Source: Escherichia coli (GTDB taxonomy: Bacteria; Pseudomonadota; Gammaproteobacteria; Enterobacterales; Enterobacteriaceae). From it: a stretch of DNA of 64,000 nt. Location: the NCBI RefSeq assembly GCF_011045215.1, contig NZ_CP049201.1; one strand, written 5' to 3'. Position numbers and translations under genes: made by a program. Below the pieces are notes generated by a model that worked only from the letters and a program-made list of their open reading frames with translations, searched no databases and was not told the DNA's origin. Below, in pieces: positions 22,475-31,630 of the stretch. Within the stretch, counting starts at the first letter, position 1. The number at the start of each line of letters is the position of its first letter.

Positions 22475-23051
22475 CTAAGTATTGAATGGTGATGTGGTAT
22501 TTAAAGACATGCTGCTCAATGCTGATTGGCACGCGTTTTCCCTGGCGATTCAGATAGGTGATTTCCGTGACCAGTTTGCCGCTGGCGTTACGCAGCTCGC
22601 GTTTGTCACCGTTGTCGCGAAGTGTCCATCCTGCGGGAAGTTGCGGTTGCCAGGCGCTAATCGGCCAGTGGCTGAGCATCACGTCAGCCAGTACCTGACT
22701 TGCGGGCGGTAACTGTGGGACGACGATGGATTGCTCGGCGCGTAGCCCTTGCGCATCGTAGGTCACCAGAAACAGGCGAATGCCGACCGACGACAGCCCG
22801 GCAAGGGTGATTTTCTGATCGTCGGCGTTAAGCATTACTAGCAGCGACTGGGTGTTGCCGTTGAAGCTGCCGGTTAACAGTTGCTGGGAATTGACGGCGG
22901 GTGAAATCCCCGGTGCCGGCAGCGTGATGCGCGTGCCAGGTTGCAGCCACGCCTGCGGGCGGCCTTCCTGTTCCGGTTGCGAGTGGCTACAGCCGGTGAG
23001 GATAAGCGTAGCGGTCAGGGCGAACGCTCGCCAGAAGGTAGGTTTGATCAT
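22467..23051 (-). CDS. Lipoprotein (DUF3261-like)
   Basis: 194 aa; signal peptide with lipobox (LTGC). Confidence 0.7.
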   Translation of the reverse strand: MIKPTFWRAFALTATLILTGCSHSQPEQEGRPQAWLQPGTRITLPAPGISPAVNSQQLLTGSFNGNTQSLLVMLNADDQKITLAGLSSVGIRLFLVTYDAQGLRAEQSIVVPQLPPASQVLADVMLSHWPISAWQPQLPAGWTLRDNGDKRELRNASGKLVTEITYLNRQGKRVPISIEQHVFKYHITIQYLGD

Positions 23052-25366
23052 TTTTTTGTTCTCTTTTTATCGGGCATAGCCAGCGGCGAAAGCAGGAAGG
23101 CGGTGAAAATACCGCTCACCAGCACAATGCCAAAACTGCTGATGGCCTGGGTGGCGCTGAATACCAGCATTCCCAGCGTCAGCAAGGTGGTGAGCATTGC
23201 CAGTGTGATCGCCAGTAGCGAAGTTAACGGCGTACCGCGCGGATTACTGAAAAACAACGTGTAGTTGATACCGATGCCAAGTACCAGCACCAGCGCCAGC
23301 AGCGAAAAGAGATTCACCGCCTGCCCGCTCATCGCCAGCACCGCCAGACCACAGCCCAGCGAAAGCACCGAAGGCACCAGGCTGATAAGCCCTTTGCGCC
23401 AGCCGAGACGGGCCACTGCGCCGCAGGCAATCACTGCCAGCGCCACCAGCAACAAGCCGGTTAAGACGTAGCGGTAAAGTGCGAACAATTCATCAAAGGT
23501 GCTTTTGCGATCAACCCAGGCAATGCCGCAAGGGTAATATGTGGCGATTTCCTGCATCAACGCGCTACTTTTAACCCCTTCAACCGGCACCAGTACGCCG
23601 CTTTCGCCATTTTCCAGCGTCAGCCACAGCAGACGCCAGCCTTCACTGGCGGGGCTTGCCAGCCATTCATCAACGTTCACTGGCATGGCGTTGAGATCTG
23701 GTTTCACCGCCGTCAGCCCGGCGTTTTGCAGTGCTTTTGTTACCGTCGGGGCCGCCGTTTTCAGCAGGTCTAAATCTTCCTCCTGTCGCGCCAGAGAGTT
23801 CAGCGGAATAGTGCGGTAATTGCTGATAAGACCGTCTTTTTTCGCCTTCTCCAGCGAGGAGGTAAATGTCTCCAGCCGTCCCAATGTTTGCTGTGGGGAG
23901 TCGCCGTAAACCACAAACCATTTTTGATCGACGCTTTGCCCGGTCAGGGCGGTAATGGCTTTCTCCTGGGTCAGAATATGCTGCGGTAGCGCCTGTAACT
24001 GCGAGATATCGTCATCGACGCGCAGCATTGACATCCCCGCCAGCGAAAACAGCGCCAGCGCGACGGGCAGACCCAGCGACAGTTTTTTATTACGCCGCCA
24101 CGCTGCCAGCCAGCGTAGCATCAGCGCCATCGCCGGAACCGGACGCACCGGCAGGCCACGGCACAGCCACGGATGCCAGAACAGGACGGTCAGACAAGAG
24201 GCGCTCAACCCGACGGCGGCAAAAATCGCCATCTGGCGAATGCCTGGGAAGGGGGCGAGCATCATAATCAGATACGCCGCCACGGTGGTGAGCAGCGCCA
24301 GTAGCAAGGCATTGCGTACTTTCGCCAGGCTTTGCCACGGCGAAACGTCGTTGCCGTGCACCATCCGCTCGGTGAGATAATAGAGCGTGTAGTCAGCGGA
24401 AATGCCGATAACGCTCATGCTCATTACCAGCGTCATCAGGTGTAATTCACCGAAAATCAATAAAGTGGCGACCGTTCCCGCCAGCGCGCCGATGCCGATG
24501 GAAATCACGCAAAGCAGCAACGGGCGCAAAGAGCGGAACACCGCCACAATCAGCAATATCACCCCCAGCAGCGTTGCCACGCCCAGGGTTGAGATATCCT
24601 GCTTCGCCTGTTGGCTGGCGTAATCGCTGTAAAACACCGTGCCGCGCGAAAGCAGCTGCGCCTGCGGGTAACGCGTTTTCAGATCCTTTTCCAGCGTATT
24701 CAGGGTCGTGATGAGCTGGTGGGTTTGCTGCATATCAAACGACGATCCCGCCAGTTCACCGTGCAGCAGATACCAGTAGTTGCCCTGGGGATCCTGCGTC
24801 ACCAGCCAGCCGTCCATCAGCCGCAAACGCTGGCCGTTTTTCGCCATCGCCAGCTGCGAGCCGCGCATTAACATCAGCGGATCGTTTTGCAGCTCCTTGC
24901 CGCTTACCCCGGAGAACGCAGAATAAAGCTGGGAGAGGATCCACTGCGCCTGCGCTTCGCCGCCGTTTTGCAGGCGCGCGCGGGTGTCGGGGTCAATCAG
25001 GCCGTTGCGGTGCTGCCAGAAAAACGCTCCCCACGCTTGCTGGCTGGCGGCATCCATTGGCCCTTTAACGTCGCCGAGCGCAGCGGATTTTTGCAGCAGC
25101 GTCAGCCACTCCTGAGCGACCAAAGGATTAGCCTCTTTACCGGGGCTGACCAGCCACACCAGTTGGCGGTCAAGACGCTGCATAAAGCCGTCATTCAGCG
25201 CCGGAGGAATATCGCCCATCGTCTGTTTGGGTAACATAGCCAGCACGCTACTGTTCAGCCGTGATTGCGGCAGCAGGATCAGCAACGCCGCCGCCATGAC
25301 CAGGCAGACTAGCCCCCATAACAGCGCGGGGCGTTTACTGGGCGGCAAAACGTTGGCGTTCGTCAT
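23048..25366 (-). CDS. MMPL/RND-superfamily membrane exporter
   Basis: 772 aa; two blocks of transmembrane helices each following an extracytoplasmic domain, typical of MMPL-type lipid exporters. Confidence 0.75.
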   Translation of the reverse strand: MTNANVLPPSKRPALLWGLVCLVMAAALLILLPQSRLNSSVLAMLPKQTMGDIPPALNDGFMQRLDRQLVWLVSPGKEANPLVAQEWLTLLQKSAALGDVKGPMDAASQQAWGAFFWQHRNGLIDPDTRARLQNGGEAQAQWILSQLYSAFSGVSGKELQNDPLMLMRGSQLAMAKNGQRLRLMDGWLVTQDPQGNYWYLLHGELAGSSFDMQQTHQLITTLNTLEKDLKTRYPQAQLLSRGTVFYSDYASQQAKQDISTLGVATLLGVILLIVAVFRSLRPLLLCVISIGIGALAGTVATLLIFGELHLMTLVMSMSVIGISADYTLYYLTERMVHGNDVSPWQSLAKVRNALLLALLTTVAAYLIMMLAPFPGIRQMAIFAAVGLSASCLTVLFWHPWLCRGLPVRPVPAMALMLRWLAAWRRNKKLSLGLPVALALFSLAGMSMLRVDDDISQLQALPQHILTQEKAITALTGQSVDQKWFVVYGDSPQQTLGRLETFTSSLEKAKKDGLISNYRTIPLNSLARQEEDLDLLKTAAPTVTKALQNAGLTAVKPDLNAMPVNVDEWLASPASEGWRLLWLTLENGESGVLVPVEGVKSSALMQEIATYYPCGIAWVDRKSTFDELFALYRYVLTGLLLVALAVIACGAVARLGWRKGLISLVPSVLSLGCGLAVLAMSGQAVNLFSLLALVLVLGIGINYTLFFSNPRGTPLTSLLAITLAMLTTLLTLGMLVFSATQAISSFGIVLVSGIFTAFLLSPLAMPDKKRTKK

Positions 25367-25940
25367 CGGTCAGTTGCGCTGGCGTCAGTTGATGTTGGGT
25401 AAGAGCAATATCGGTGCGATCGCCCTGTTTATCATTAAGTTGAATGCTCTCCAGATAGGTTTTCCCGGCGAGATCGATGGTGTTGAAAATTTTATCCAGC
25501 GGCGTGGTGGTCGGCGTCAGGCGCAGCGTCCAGCGGCCTTCGCCTTTGTCAGCAAATTCGACGCGGAAGTTTTGTTCCAGCACTTTGCGATCGGCCTGGA
25601 ACAGCGCGCGCAGCAGGTGGTTAAACTGGAACATCTGCGGGTTGTTTTCTGCCGTGATGATTTGCGGCGGCTGACCGTTGATCACCTGCACCATGCGTTT
25701 ATCGTCCAGTAATAGCTGCATGGGGAATGGTGAGGTTTGATCCCACAACAGCCCCTGGTCGCGGGCGATCAACATCTGGCCCTGAGATCGCAGCGGCTGC
25801 GGCAGATCTTTAATCGTCCGGGTTTGATCGAAATGGGCGCGGATCACCGGTTGTTCGGTAAAGCGTTGCTGAAGATCGTCCAGGGTCAGGGCGCTCACAA
25901 ACGGGCTAATCAGCAGCGCCAGCAGCGGTAAAAATTTCAT
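25335..25940 (-). CDS. LolA-like outer-membrane lipoprotein carrier
   Basis: 201 aa with signal peptide; LolA-family length and composition; 32-bp overlap with the MMPL gene. Confidence 0.65.
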   Translation of the reverse strand: MKFLPLLALLISPFVSALTLDDLQQRFTEQPVIRAHFDQTRTIKDLPQPLRSQGQMLIARDQGLLWDQTSPFPMQLLLDDKRMVQVINGQPPQIITAENNPQMFQFNHLLRALFQADRKVLEQNFRVEFADKGEGRWTLRLTPTTTPLDKIFNTIDLAGKTYLESIQLNDKQGDRTDIALTQHQLTPAQLTDDERQRFAAQ

Positions 25941-26359
25941 GGTTTGACTCCCATGCGTTCAAACAGAATATCGGGGCTGACAAAGCACAGTTCGCGACTT
26001 TGCTCGTCGACCGCGACCTGAATGGTGTATCCGGTGGTGGCGCGTTTGCCCGTTTCGGCATCGAAAATCTGATAGCCAATCCGCAGACGGTTTTCGAACT
26101 CTTCGATATGCGCACGCACGCGGATGCGTTGCTCAAAGGTGAGGGCGTGGCGATATTTCACCCGCGCATCGACCACTGGCCACAAATAACCGGACTCTTT
26201 CATCTGCCGATAGCCGTAATTGAACTGGTTGAGCAGCGCCTCGCGAGCCACTTCAAAGTAGCGAAAATAGTTACCGTGCCAGGCCACGCCCATCATATCG
26301 ACGTCGTGAAAGGGAATGGTCAGCTCGACTTCAGCGGTAAATCGGGGATCGTTAAGCAC
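25937..26359 (-). CDS. Acyl-CoA/acyl-ACP thioesterase (4HBT / YbgC-like hot-dog)
   Basis: 140 aa; 4HBT-type N-terminal motif (IPFHDVDMMGVAWHGNYFRYFE). Confidence 0.8.
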   Translation of the reverse strand: MLNDPRFTAEVELTIPFHDVDMMGVAWHGNYFRYFEVAREALLNQFNYGYRQMKESGYLWPVVDARVKYRHALTFEQRIRVRAHIEEFENRLRIGYQIFDAETGKRATTGYTIQVAVDEQSRELCFVSPDILFERMGVKP

Positions 26360-26362
26360 CCT

Positions 26363-28039
26363 TTACTCCTTGTCCTGAATTTCCGGCAGTTGCCAGAAAT
26401 CGAAAAAATTAAACCAGTCGAGGGGCGACTGGAGCGCGTAATGTTCCAGACGCGCGGCGTAGTGGTCGATAGCGTTTTGCAGCGCCTGCTGGCGTTCGCC
26501 ACGCGGCAGTTGCAGCGGGTCGGCAAAGCTTTCGCAGTGAATATGCAGCTTGCCGTGCTGGCGTAGGGCGAAAATCAGATTCACCGGGCAGCGCAAAATA
26601 GACGCGAGAATAAACGGTCCCTGTGGGAAAGGCGCAGGCTGGCCCATAAACGAACTCCAGCAGACGCGCCAGTCGCCGCCGCGTTGCGGGGTGACGGCGA
26701 TACGGTCACCGACAATCGCCACCCATTCCCCGTTATCCAGCTTCTCTTTCAGCAGGATGGCGGTTTCTGGGCCGATATCTGTTACCGGCATCAGGTTAAT
26801 GCCTGCCTGAGGAGCCATCTCCTGCATTATCTGTTTAAAGCGTTGGGCGTTTTCGCTAAACACCAGCGCGTTAATGGTTTTGTAGCCCTGAATTTTTGCC
26901 AGCGCCCGGCACACTTCCACATCGCCAAGATGCGAGGCCAGCAGCAATTTGCCGCGCGGATCGCGGACGTCAAGCGCCGCTTCTGCGCCTGGCGCAAACA
27001 GCACATCACGCCCCAGTTGTAGCTCGCCGCGCCAGCTGGCGATTTTGTCGAGCATGGCATTACCGAAACGTAGAAAGTGCTGATAGCTGTTGAGTTTTGC
27101 CGCCTGTGGTTGATGCTGTCGTACACGGGCGAGCCAGTCTTGCGACGCTTTGCGCGCACGAGAAGCAGTGAGCCAGTAGACGCCCACCACCGGGTAAAGC
27201 AGCGCGCTAAACGCCGTTCTTCCCAGCAGACGCCAGACCAGCAGCATCAGGCGCATTCCCCATAACCCTTTCACCTCACTCTGCCGCGCCCAGTGGCTGG
27301 AAGAACGGCGCATCAGCAGTGAAGGAATACGCGGCAACATGCCGAAAAATAGACGCGTGTGCATGAGCGAGATGCGGACGTTATCTTTCAGGGCATCAAA
27401 ATGCGAAAGCCCGTCCAGCGGATAGGTGACGCGGGTCGGCACGAAATAACTGGTGTTTCCCTGCCAGTAGAGGCGCACCATCACTTCGGTGTCGAAATCC
27501 ATCCGCTTGCCGATGGTGGCGTGTTTTGCCAGTTGCAGCGTTGGCGCAACCGGATAAACGCGAAAGCCGCACATGCTGTCTTTCAGTTGCAGGGAGAGCG
27601 TTTCGATCCATACCCAGACGTGAGTGACCCAGCGCCCATACAGCCGTGAGCGGGGGATGGAGTCATCGTAAATTGGCTGGCCGGAGATCAACGCCGCAGG
27701 GTGTTGTTCAGCGAGTGCCAGCAGTTTGGGGATATCTTCAATCGCATGTTGACCATCAGCATCTACCTGCACCGCATGGCTGAACCCCGCGTCTGCCGCT
27801 GCCTGTAAGCCGCGCATCACCGCCGCGCCTTTACCTGCGTTTTCTGCCAGGCGGATTAAGGTCACGCCAGGCTGTTCGCTAATCAGATTATCCAGTTGCT
27901 GTTGCGTGGCGGCATCGCTGCCGTCGTCCACCACAATACAAGGCAGATTAAATGGCTTAAGACGCGCCAGCACGCCCGGCATCATCGCGCCGTGGTTGTA
28001 GCAGGGGATCAACACGCAGGGAGAAAAGTTTACCGACAT
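26363..28039 (-). CDS. Two-domain protein: N-terminal family 2 glycosyltransferase fused to a C-terminal acyltransferase-like domain
   Basis: 558 aa; GT2 motifs (VVDDGSD, DxD-type VQVDADGQH) in the first ~230 aa, followed by membrane-associated and acyltransferase-like segments. Confidence 0.7.
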   Translation of the reverse strand: MSVNFSPCVLIPCYNHGAMMPGVLARLKPFNLPCIVVDDGSDAATQQQLDNLISEQPGVTLIRLAENAGKGAAVMRGLQAAADAGFSHAVQVDADGQHAIEDIPKLLALAEQHPAALISGQPIYDDSIPRSRLYGRWVTHVWVWIETLSLQLKDSMCGFRVYPVAPTLQLAKHATIGKRMDFDTEVMVRLYWQGNTSYFVPTRVTYPLDGLSHFDALKDNVRISLMHTRLFFGMLPRIPSLLMRRSSSHWARQSEVKGLWGMRLMLLVWRLLGRTAFSALLYPVVGVYWLTASRARKASQDWLARVRQHQPQAAKLNSYQHFLRFGNAMLDKIASWRGELQLGRDVLFAPGAEAALDVRDPRGKLLLASHLGDVEVCRALAKIQGYKTINALVFSENAQRFKQIMQEMAPQAGINLMPVTDIGPETAILLKEKLDNGEWVAIVGDRIAVTPQRGGDWRVCWSSFMGQPAPFPQGPFILASILRCPVNLIFALRQHGKLHIHCESFADPLQLPRGERQQALQNAIDHYAARLEHYALQSPLDWFNFFDFWQLPEIQDKE

Positions 28040-28413
28040 AGGCGGATCTTCCCGCTACTGGCGGTGTGGCGGGCGTCACCGTCGTGACGCTGATAGCTAA
28101 AGCTCAGAATCTGGCGATCTTCCTGCCAGTTAAGCGTGAGCGTGACGCGGTTTTCCGGCAGCAACGGAGACTGGAATTTTATGTTCTGAATGGAGTGAAA
28201 ACGCCAGCCAGGCGCGAGCAGGGCAAGCGCGTAACTCATGGCCCAGTCGATTTGCGCAACTCCTGGGAGTAATGGTTGCACGGCAAAATGGCCGCGAAAC
28301 CAGAACAGATCTGCCCTGAGATGCAAAACAATCTCAAGGTGATTCGCTTGTGCCTGATGGCGCTCGATTTCATGGGGCTTCATGAAATAACTCCTGTAAT
28401 TGCGCATAGACAC
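28030..28413 (-). CDS. FabZ/FabA-like hot-dog dehydratase
   Basis: 127 aa; FabZ-type motif (FRGHFAVQPLLPGV). The start may lie at an internal Met (MKPHE...). Confidence 0.75.
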   Translation of the reverse strand: MSMRNYRSYFMKPHEIERHQAQANHLEIVLHLRADLFWFRGHFAVQPLLPGVAQIDWAMSYALALLAPGWRFHSIQNIKFQSPLLPENRVTLTLNWQEDRQILSFSYQRHDGDARHTASSGKIRLCR

Positions 28414-29731
28414 GCTTGTTCATACTGTTTACTGGCATTTCATCAATAACGCGCCAGTAACGCGGAATGGCAACCGGCTCCAGCATCGGGCGCAGTAATC
28501 GCCGCCAGGCTATTTCCTGGCTATGCCCGCCGCCGTGCTGCCATTGCAGGCGAGCTTCGTCATCCAGCACCAGCAAAACGCCAATGCACTGACGCCCGCC
28601 GCGTGTAACAGGAACTGCCGCCGCCTCGCGAATACCGTCCAGTGCCAGCAGACGTTGTTCCACTTCCTGGAGTGAAATGCGTTTTTCTTCAATTTTAACG
28701 ATGCGTCCGCGACGCCCCATCAGATGGAACTGGCCGTCTTCGCTAAACTGTAAGATATCGTCGAGTAACAGGCCGTTATCTTCCGCCATCAGCGGTGAAA
28801 AGAGACGAAAAGAATCACCTTCGGCCTGGAACTGCATACCTGGGAGGGGTAGCCAGCGGCGTTGCTCTTGTTCGCGGTAGCGCCAGGCGATGACGCCGGT
28901 TTCCGTGCTGCCGTAGATTTCATCAGGCCAGACGCGCAGCCAGCTTGCGGTGTGTTGTACATCCTGCCACGGCAGCTCACCGCCAGCAGAGAGAAGCACC
29001 TGAACGGGTGGCGGAGAAAGCTGGGTATCCAGGCGCTTCAAAAATGCCGGGCTGCTGATGAAGATATAGCGATGCTGATGACTCAACGCGGCAAACTGTT
29101 CGACATACCAGAGCATGGCGGCGTGCAGCGGTAATCCCAACGCCATGGGCAGGAAAACGCGAAAAGTCAGGCCGTACAAATGCTGCGGCAATACGGAACC
29201 GACGACACGACAACCCGCCAGACGTGCGCCTAATCGTTCAGCCAGCAGTTCTGCTTCACGATCCAGCAAATGAACAGGTTTAATCACCCGTTTCGGCTGT
29301 CCCGTGGAACCGGAGGTAAACAGCTCGATAAAAGCCTCTGGCGCTATAGCGGAAAAGGTGAAGGATTGTGTCGCGATTTGTGGAGAACTTGCTACCAACA
29401 GCAATGAACCTTGCCAGTTAAGTTCGCTGTCGCTAAGCACACCATCAAAAAGTTCACGTTGCTCGTTAAGCTGGATAACACGGTTATGCCCCGGAAGCAC
29501 CGGCGTTTTTCCGGCGTGTAGCGTGGCGAGCAGGGCAACGATAAACAGATAGCTGTTCTCAAAGCACAGCGCCCAGCGTTCACCTGGCTGTTGCTGCAAG
29601 CGGCAGATAAGTTGCGCGACATCGTGACGCAAATCGCCCAGCGTCCAGGTGCTTTCGTCCAGCCACGCAATGGGCGTGTCATCAGGGCGTGGCGCAGTCA
29701 GCCAGCGTGCAAGCGGTAAGGTCTGCTTCAT
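28370..29731 (-). CDS. AMP-dependent synthetase/ligase (adenylating enzyme; candidate aryl starter-unit activator)
   Basis: AMP-binding motif TSGSTGQPK. Start placed at the Met that forms an ATGA overlap with the upstream gene's stop (plus strand 29728-29731 reads tcat); the ORF track extends to 29770. Confidence 0.8.
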   Translation of the reverse strand: MKQTLPLARWLTAPRPDDTPIAWLDESTWTLGDLRHDVAQLICRLQQQPGERWALCFENSYLFIVALLATLHAGKTPVLPGHNRVIQLNEQRELFDGVLSDSELNWQGSLLLVASSPQIATQSFTFSAIAPEAFIELFTSGSTGQPKRVIKPVHLLDREAELLAERLGARLAGCRVVGSVLPQHLYGLTFRVFLPMALGLPLHAAMLWYVEQFAALSHQHRYIFISSPAFLKRLDTQLSPPPVQVLLSAGGELPWQDVQHTASWLRVWPDEIYGSTETGVIAWRYREQEQRRWLPLPGMQFQAEGDSFRLFSPLMAEDNGLLLDDILQFSEDGQFHLMGRRGRIVKIEEKRISLQEVEQRLLALDGIREAAAVPVTRGGRQCIGVLLVLDDEARLQWQHGGGHSQEIAWRRLLRPMLEPVAIPRYWRVIDEMPVNSMNKRVYAQLQELFHEAP

Positions 29732-30309
29732 GCGCGATCTCTTTTCATCACCTGACGGCGCACCAGCCATTCACCAGCCATTAATGTTCCCATCAACAAA
29801 TAAGCAATCATGCCGTTCCAGGCGGTCCATAACGACATATCGGCATAAAGCGCGGTAAAGAGGGCAATTCCACCGTTGATGATGAAAAAGCCGCACCAGA
29901 TTTGCGTGACGCGGCGGGTATAGCGCATGCCCTTTTCCGGCAGATCTGGCTCCTGCAAACGCGCCAGCCGCTCAACTATCGGCATTGCCGACCACAGCGA
30001 ACCGCCAAAAACCGCCAGCATGACCGCGTTAACCACTACCGGGTAAAACAGCAGTAGCTGGTGTGTTTTCAACAGAACGCTGGCGACACATAATGCGATG
30101 CCCACGACAGCGACGATTTGTGTGACGACCTGGAGCGGCCCCGCCTGGCGACGGGTCTGGCGCAGGCGCAACAAAAGCAGCAACGCTATTAGCGGCAACA
30201 GCCAGTGCAGGCCGTTATGCGCTAAGCCAAACCAAATCACAAACGGCCAGGCGAGCAGCAATAATCCAGTCAGCAGCTTAATCATCGGTAGCGAGCGAAT
30301 GCCCGACAT
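29728..30309 (-). CDS. Small polytopic membrane protein of unknown function
   Basis: 193 aa, about 5 predicted hydrophobic helices; embedded in the operon with coupled stop/start. Confidence 0.6.
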   Translation of the reverse strand: MSGIRSLPMIKLLTGLLLLAWPFVIWFGLAHNGLHWLLPLIALLLLLRLRQTRRQAGPLQVVTQIVAVVGIALCVASVLLKTHQLLLFYPVVVNAVMLAVFGGSLWSAMPIVERLARLQEPDLPEKGMRYTRRVTQIWCGFFIINGGIALFTALYADMSLWTAWNGMIAYLLMGTLMAGEWLVRRQVMKRDRA

Positions 30310-30313
30310 CAGA

Positions 30314-30565
30314 TCAGGCTTCTTGTAGCAGGCGTTCTACAGCCTCGACGACATCCTGGACTGTACGCACTGCTTTAAACTCTTCCGGCTTGATTTTCTT
30401 ACCGGTTTTCTTTTGCAGGTGCACAATCATGTCAACGGCGTCGATGCTGTCCAGTTCCAGATCTTCGTACAGGCGCGCTTCAGGTTTGATGTCCTGCGGA
30501 TCGATTTCAAACAGCTTAACCAGCAGGGCTGAGACTTCCTGATAGACGGTTTGTTGTTCTGTCAT
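30314..30565 (-). CDS. Acyl carrier protein
   Basis: 83 aa; phosphopantetheine attachment motif (LELDSIDAVD). Confidence 0.85.
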   Translation of the reverse strand: MTEQQTVYQEVSALLVKLFEIDPQDIKPEARLYEDLELDSIDAVDMIVHLQKKTGKKIKPEEFKAVRTVQDVVEAVERLLQEA

Positions 30566-30576
30566 GATGGCTTTCC

Positions 30577-30834
30577 TCAGGCACGTTGCGCAGCAATGAA
30601 AGAGGCCAGAGTGGCGACGGAGAAAAAGTGCTGACGCATCTCTTCGCTTTCCGCAGAGAGCACGATGCCGTACTCATTTTTTACTGCCAGTCCCAGTTCC
30701 AGGGCATCGATAGAGTCCAGCCCTAAACCGTCGCCAAACAGCGGCGCGTCGGTATCGATATCATCAGGCGTCAACTCGTCCAGATTGAGGGTGCTGATGA
30801 TGAGGTTTTTAATTTCCAGATAAAGCGCTTGCAT
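30577..30834 (-). CDS. Acyl carrier protein (second, divergent copy)
   Basis: 85 aa; attachment motif (LGLDSIDALE). Confidence 0.85.
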   Translation of the reverse strand: MQALYLEIKNLIISTLNLDELTPDDIDTDAPLFGDGLGLDSIDALELGLAVKNEYGIVLSAESEEMRQHFFSVATLASFIAAQRA

Positions 30835-31630
30835 TATTTATTCCTGAGAGAGGTAAACAACCTTGTTGTAATTGAAGCAAAAGATGCCGGTTTAACTGCC
30901 TTGCTGCCAGCGCCGGTTCTTGTGAAGTTGCATCGTAAAATTTATTGATTTCAACCCGACCATGGACTGCAACCGTAAAAAACGGCCGGTCAGGTGGAAC
31001 GTCATACCATTTACTTTGTTTATCCAGCAGATGCTCGCTACAGCCGATCGTCACGATGCGTAAATCGCTGGCACAGCGCACGGCAATATTCGCCGCCCCG
31101 CGCTGCAGCGTCATTTTTTCACCGGGCTTCGTTCGCGTGCCTTCGGGGAAAATCAGGATAGTGTCACCCTGTGCCAGTCGCTGTTGGCAGCGGGGTAACA
31201 GGGTTTCAGCTTCGCTGTTGATTAAATAATCTGCCGCCCGCACGACGCCGCCAAGAAAAGGATTTTTTAACAGCGCGCTTTTCACCAGGCAGTCAGTTTC
31301 TGGCATGACTGACGCCAGCAGCACGTAATCGATCAGCGTGGGATGATTGGCTACGACGAGGCAACCGCGTTCCTGACGTAAAATTTCAGCGCCATCAATA
31401 CGATAATCCAGCACGCCAAGCCCTTTCGCGACAGTTAAAAACAGGCGAAAACTGGCGGCAATGCTGCGACGCGCCAAACGACGGCGGCGGGAAGTATCCC
31501 ACACCAAAACTAACAATATGTTAAACCACACGACAGAAAGCAGCAGGCCGCCGAGACCAAACAGGGCAAAACATAACCCGGTCATGACCAGTCGCCAGGT
31601 CCACTCCAGACGTGACATCAGCTTACTCAT
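30809..31630 (-). CDS. Lysophospholipid acyltransferase (PlsC-like)
   Basis: HX4D acyltransferase motif (NHPTLID). Start placed at the Met giving an ATGA overlap with the upstream gene (plus strand 31627-31630 reads tcat); the ORF track extends to 31648. Confidence 0.8.
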   Translation of the reverse strand: MSKLMSRLEWTWRLVMTGLCFALFGLGGLLLSVVWFNILLVLVWDTSRRRRLARRSIAASFRLFLTVAKGLGVLDYRIDGAEILRQERGCLVVANHPTLIDYVLLASVMPETDCLVKSALLKNPFLGGVVRAADYLINSEAETLLPRCQQRLAQGDTILIFPEGTRTKPGEKMTLQRGAANIAVRCASDLRIVTIGCSEHLLDKQSKWYDVPPDRPFFTVAVHGRVEINKFYDATSQEPALAARQLNRHLLLQLQQGCLPLSGINNASALSGN

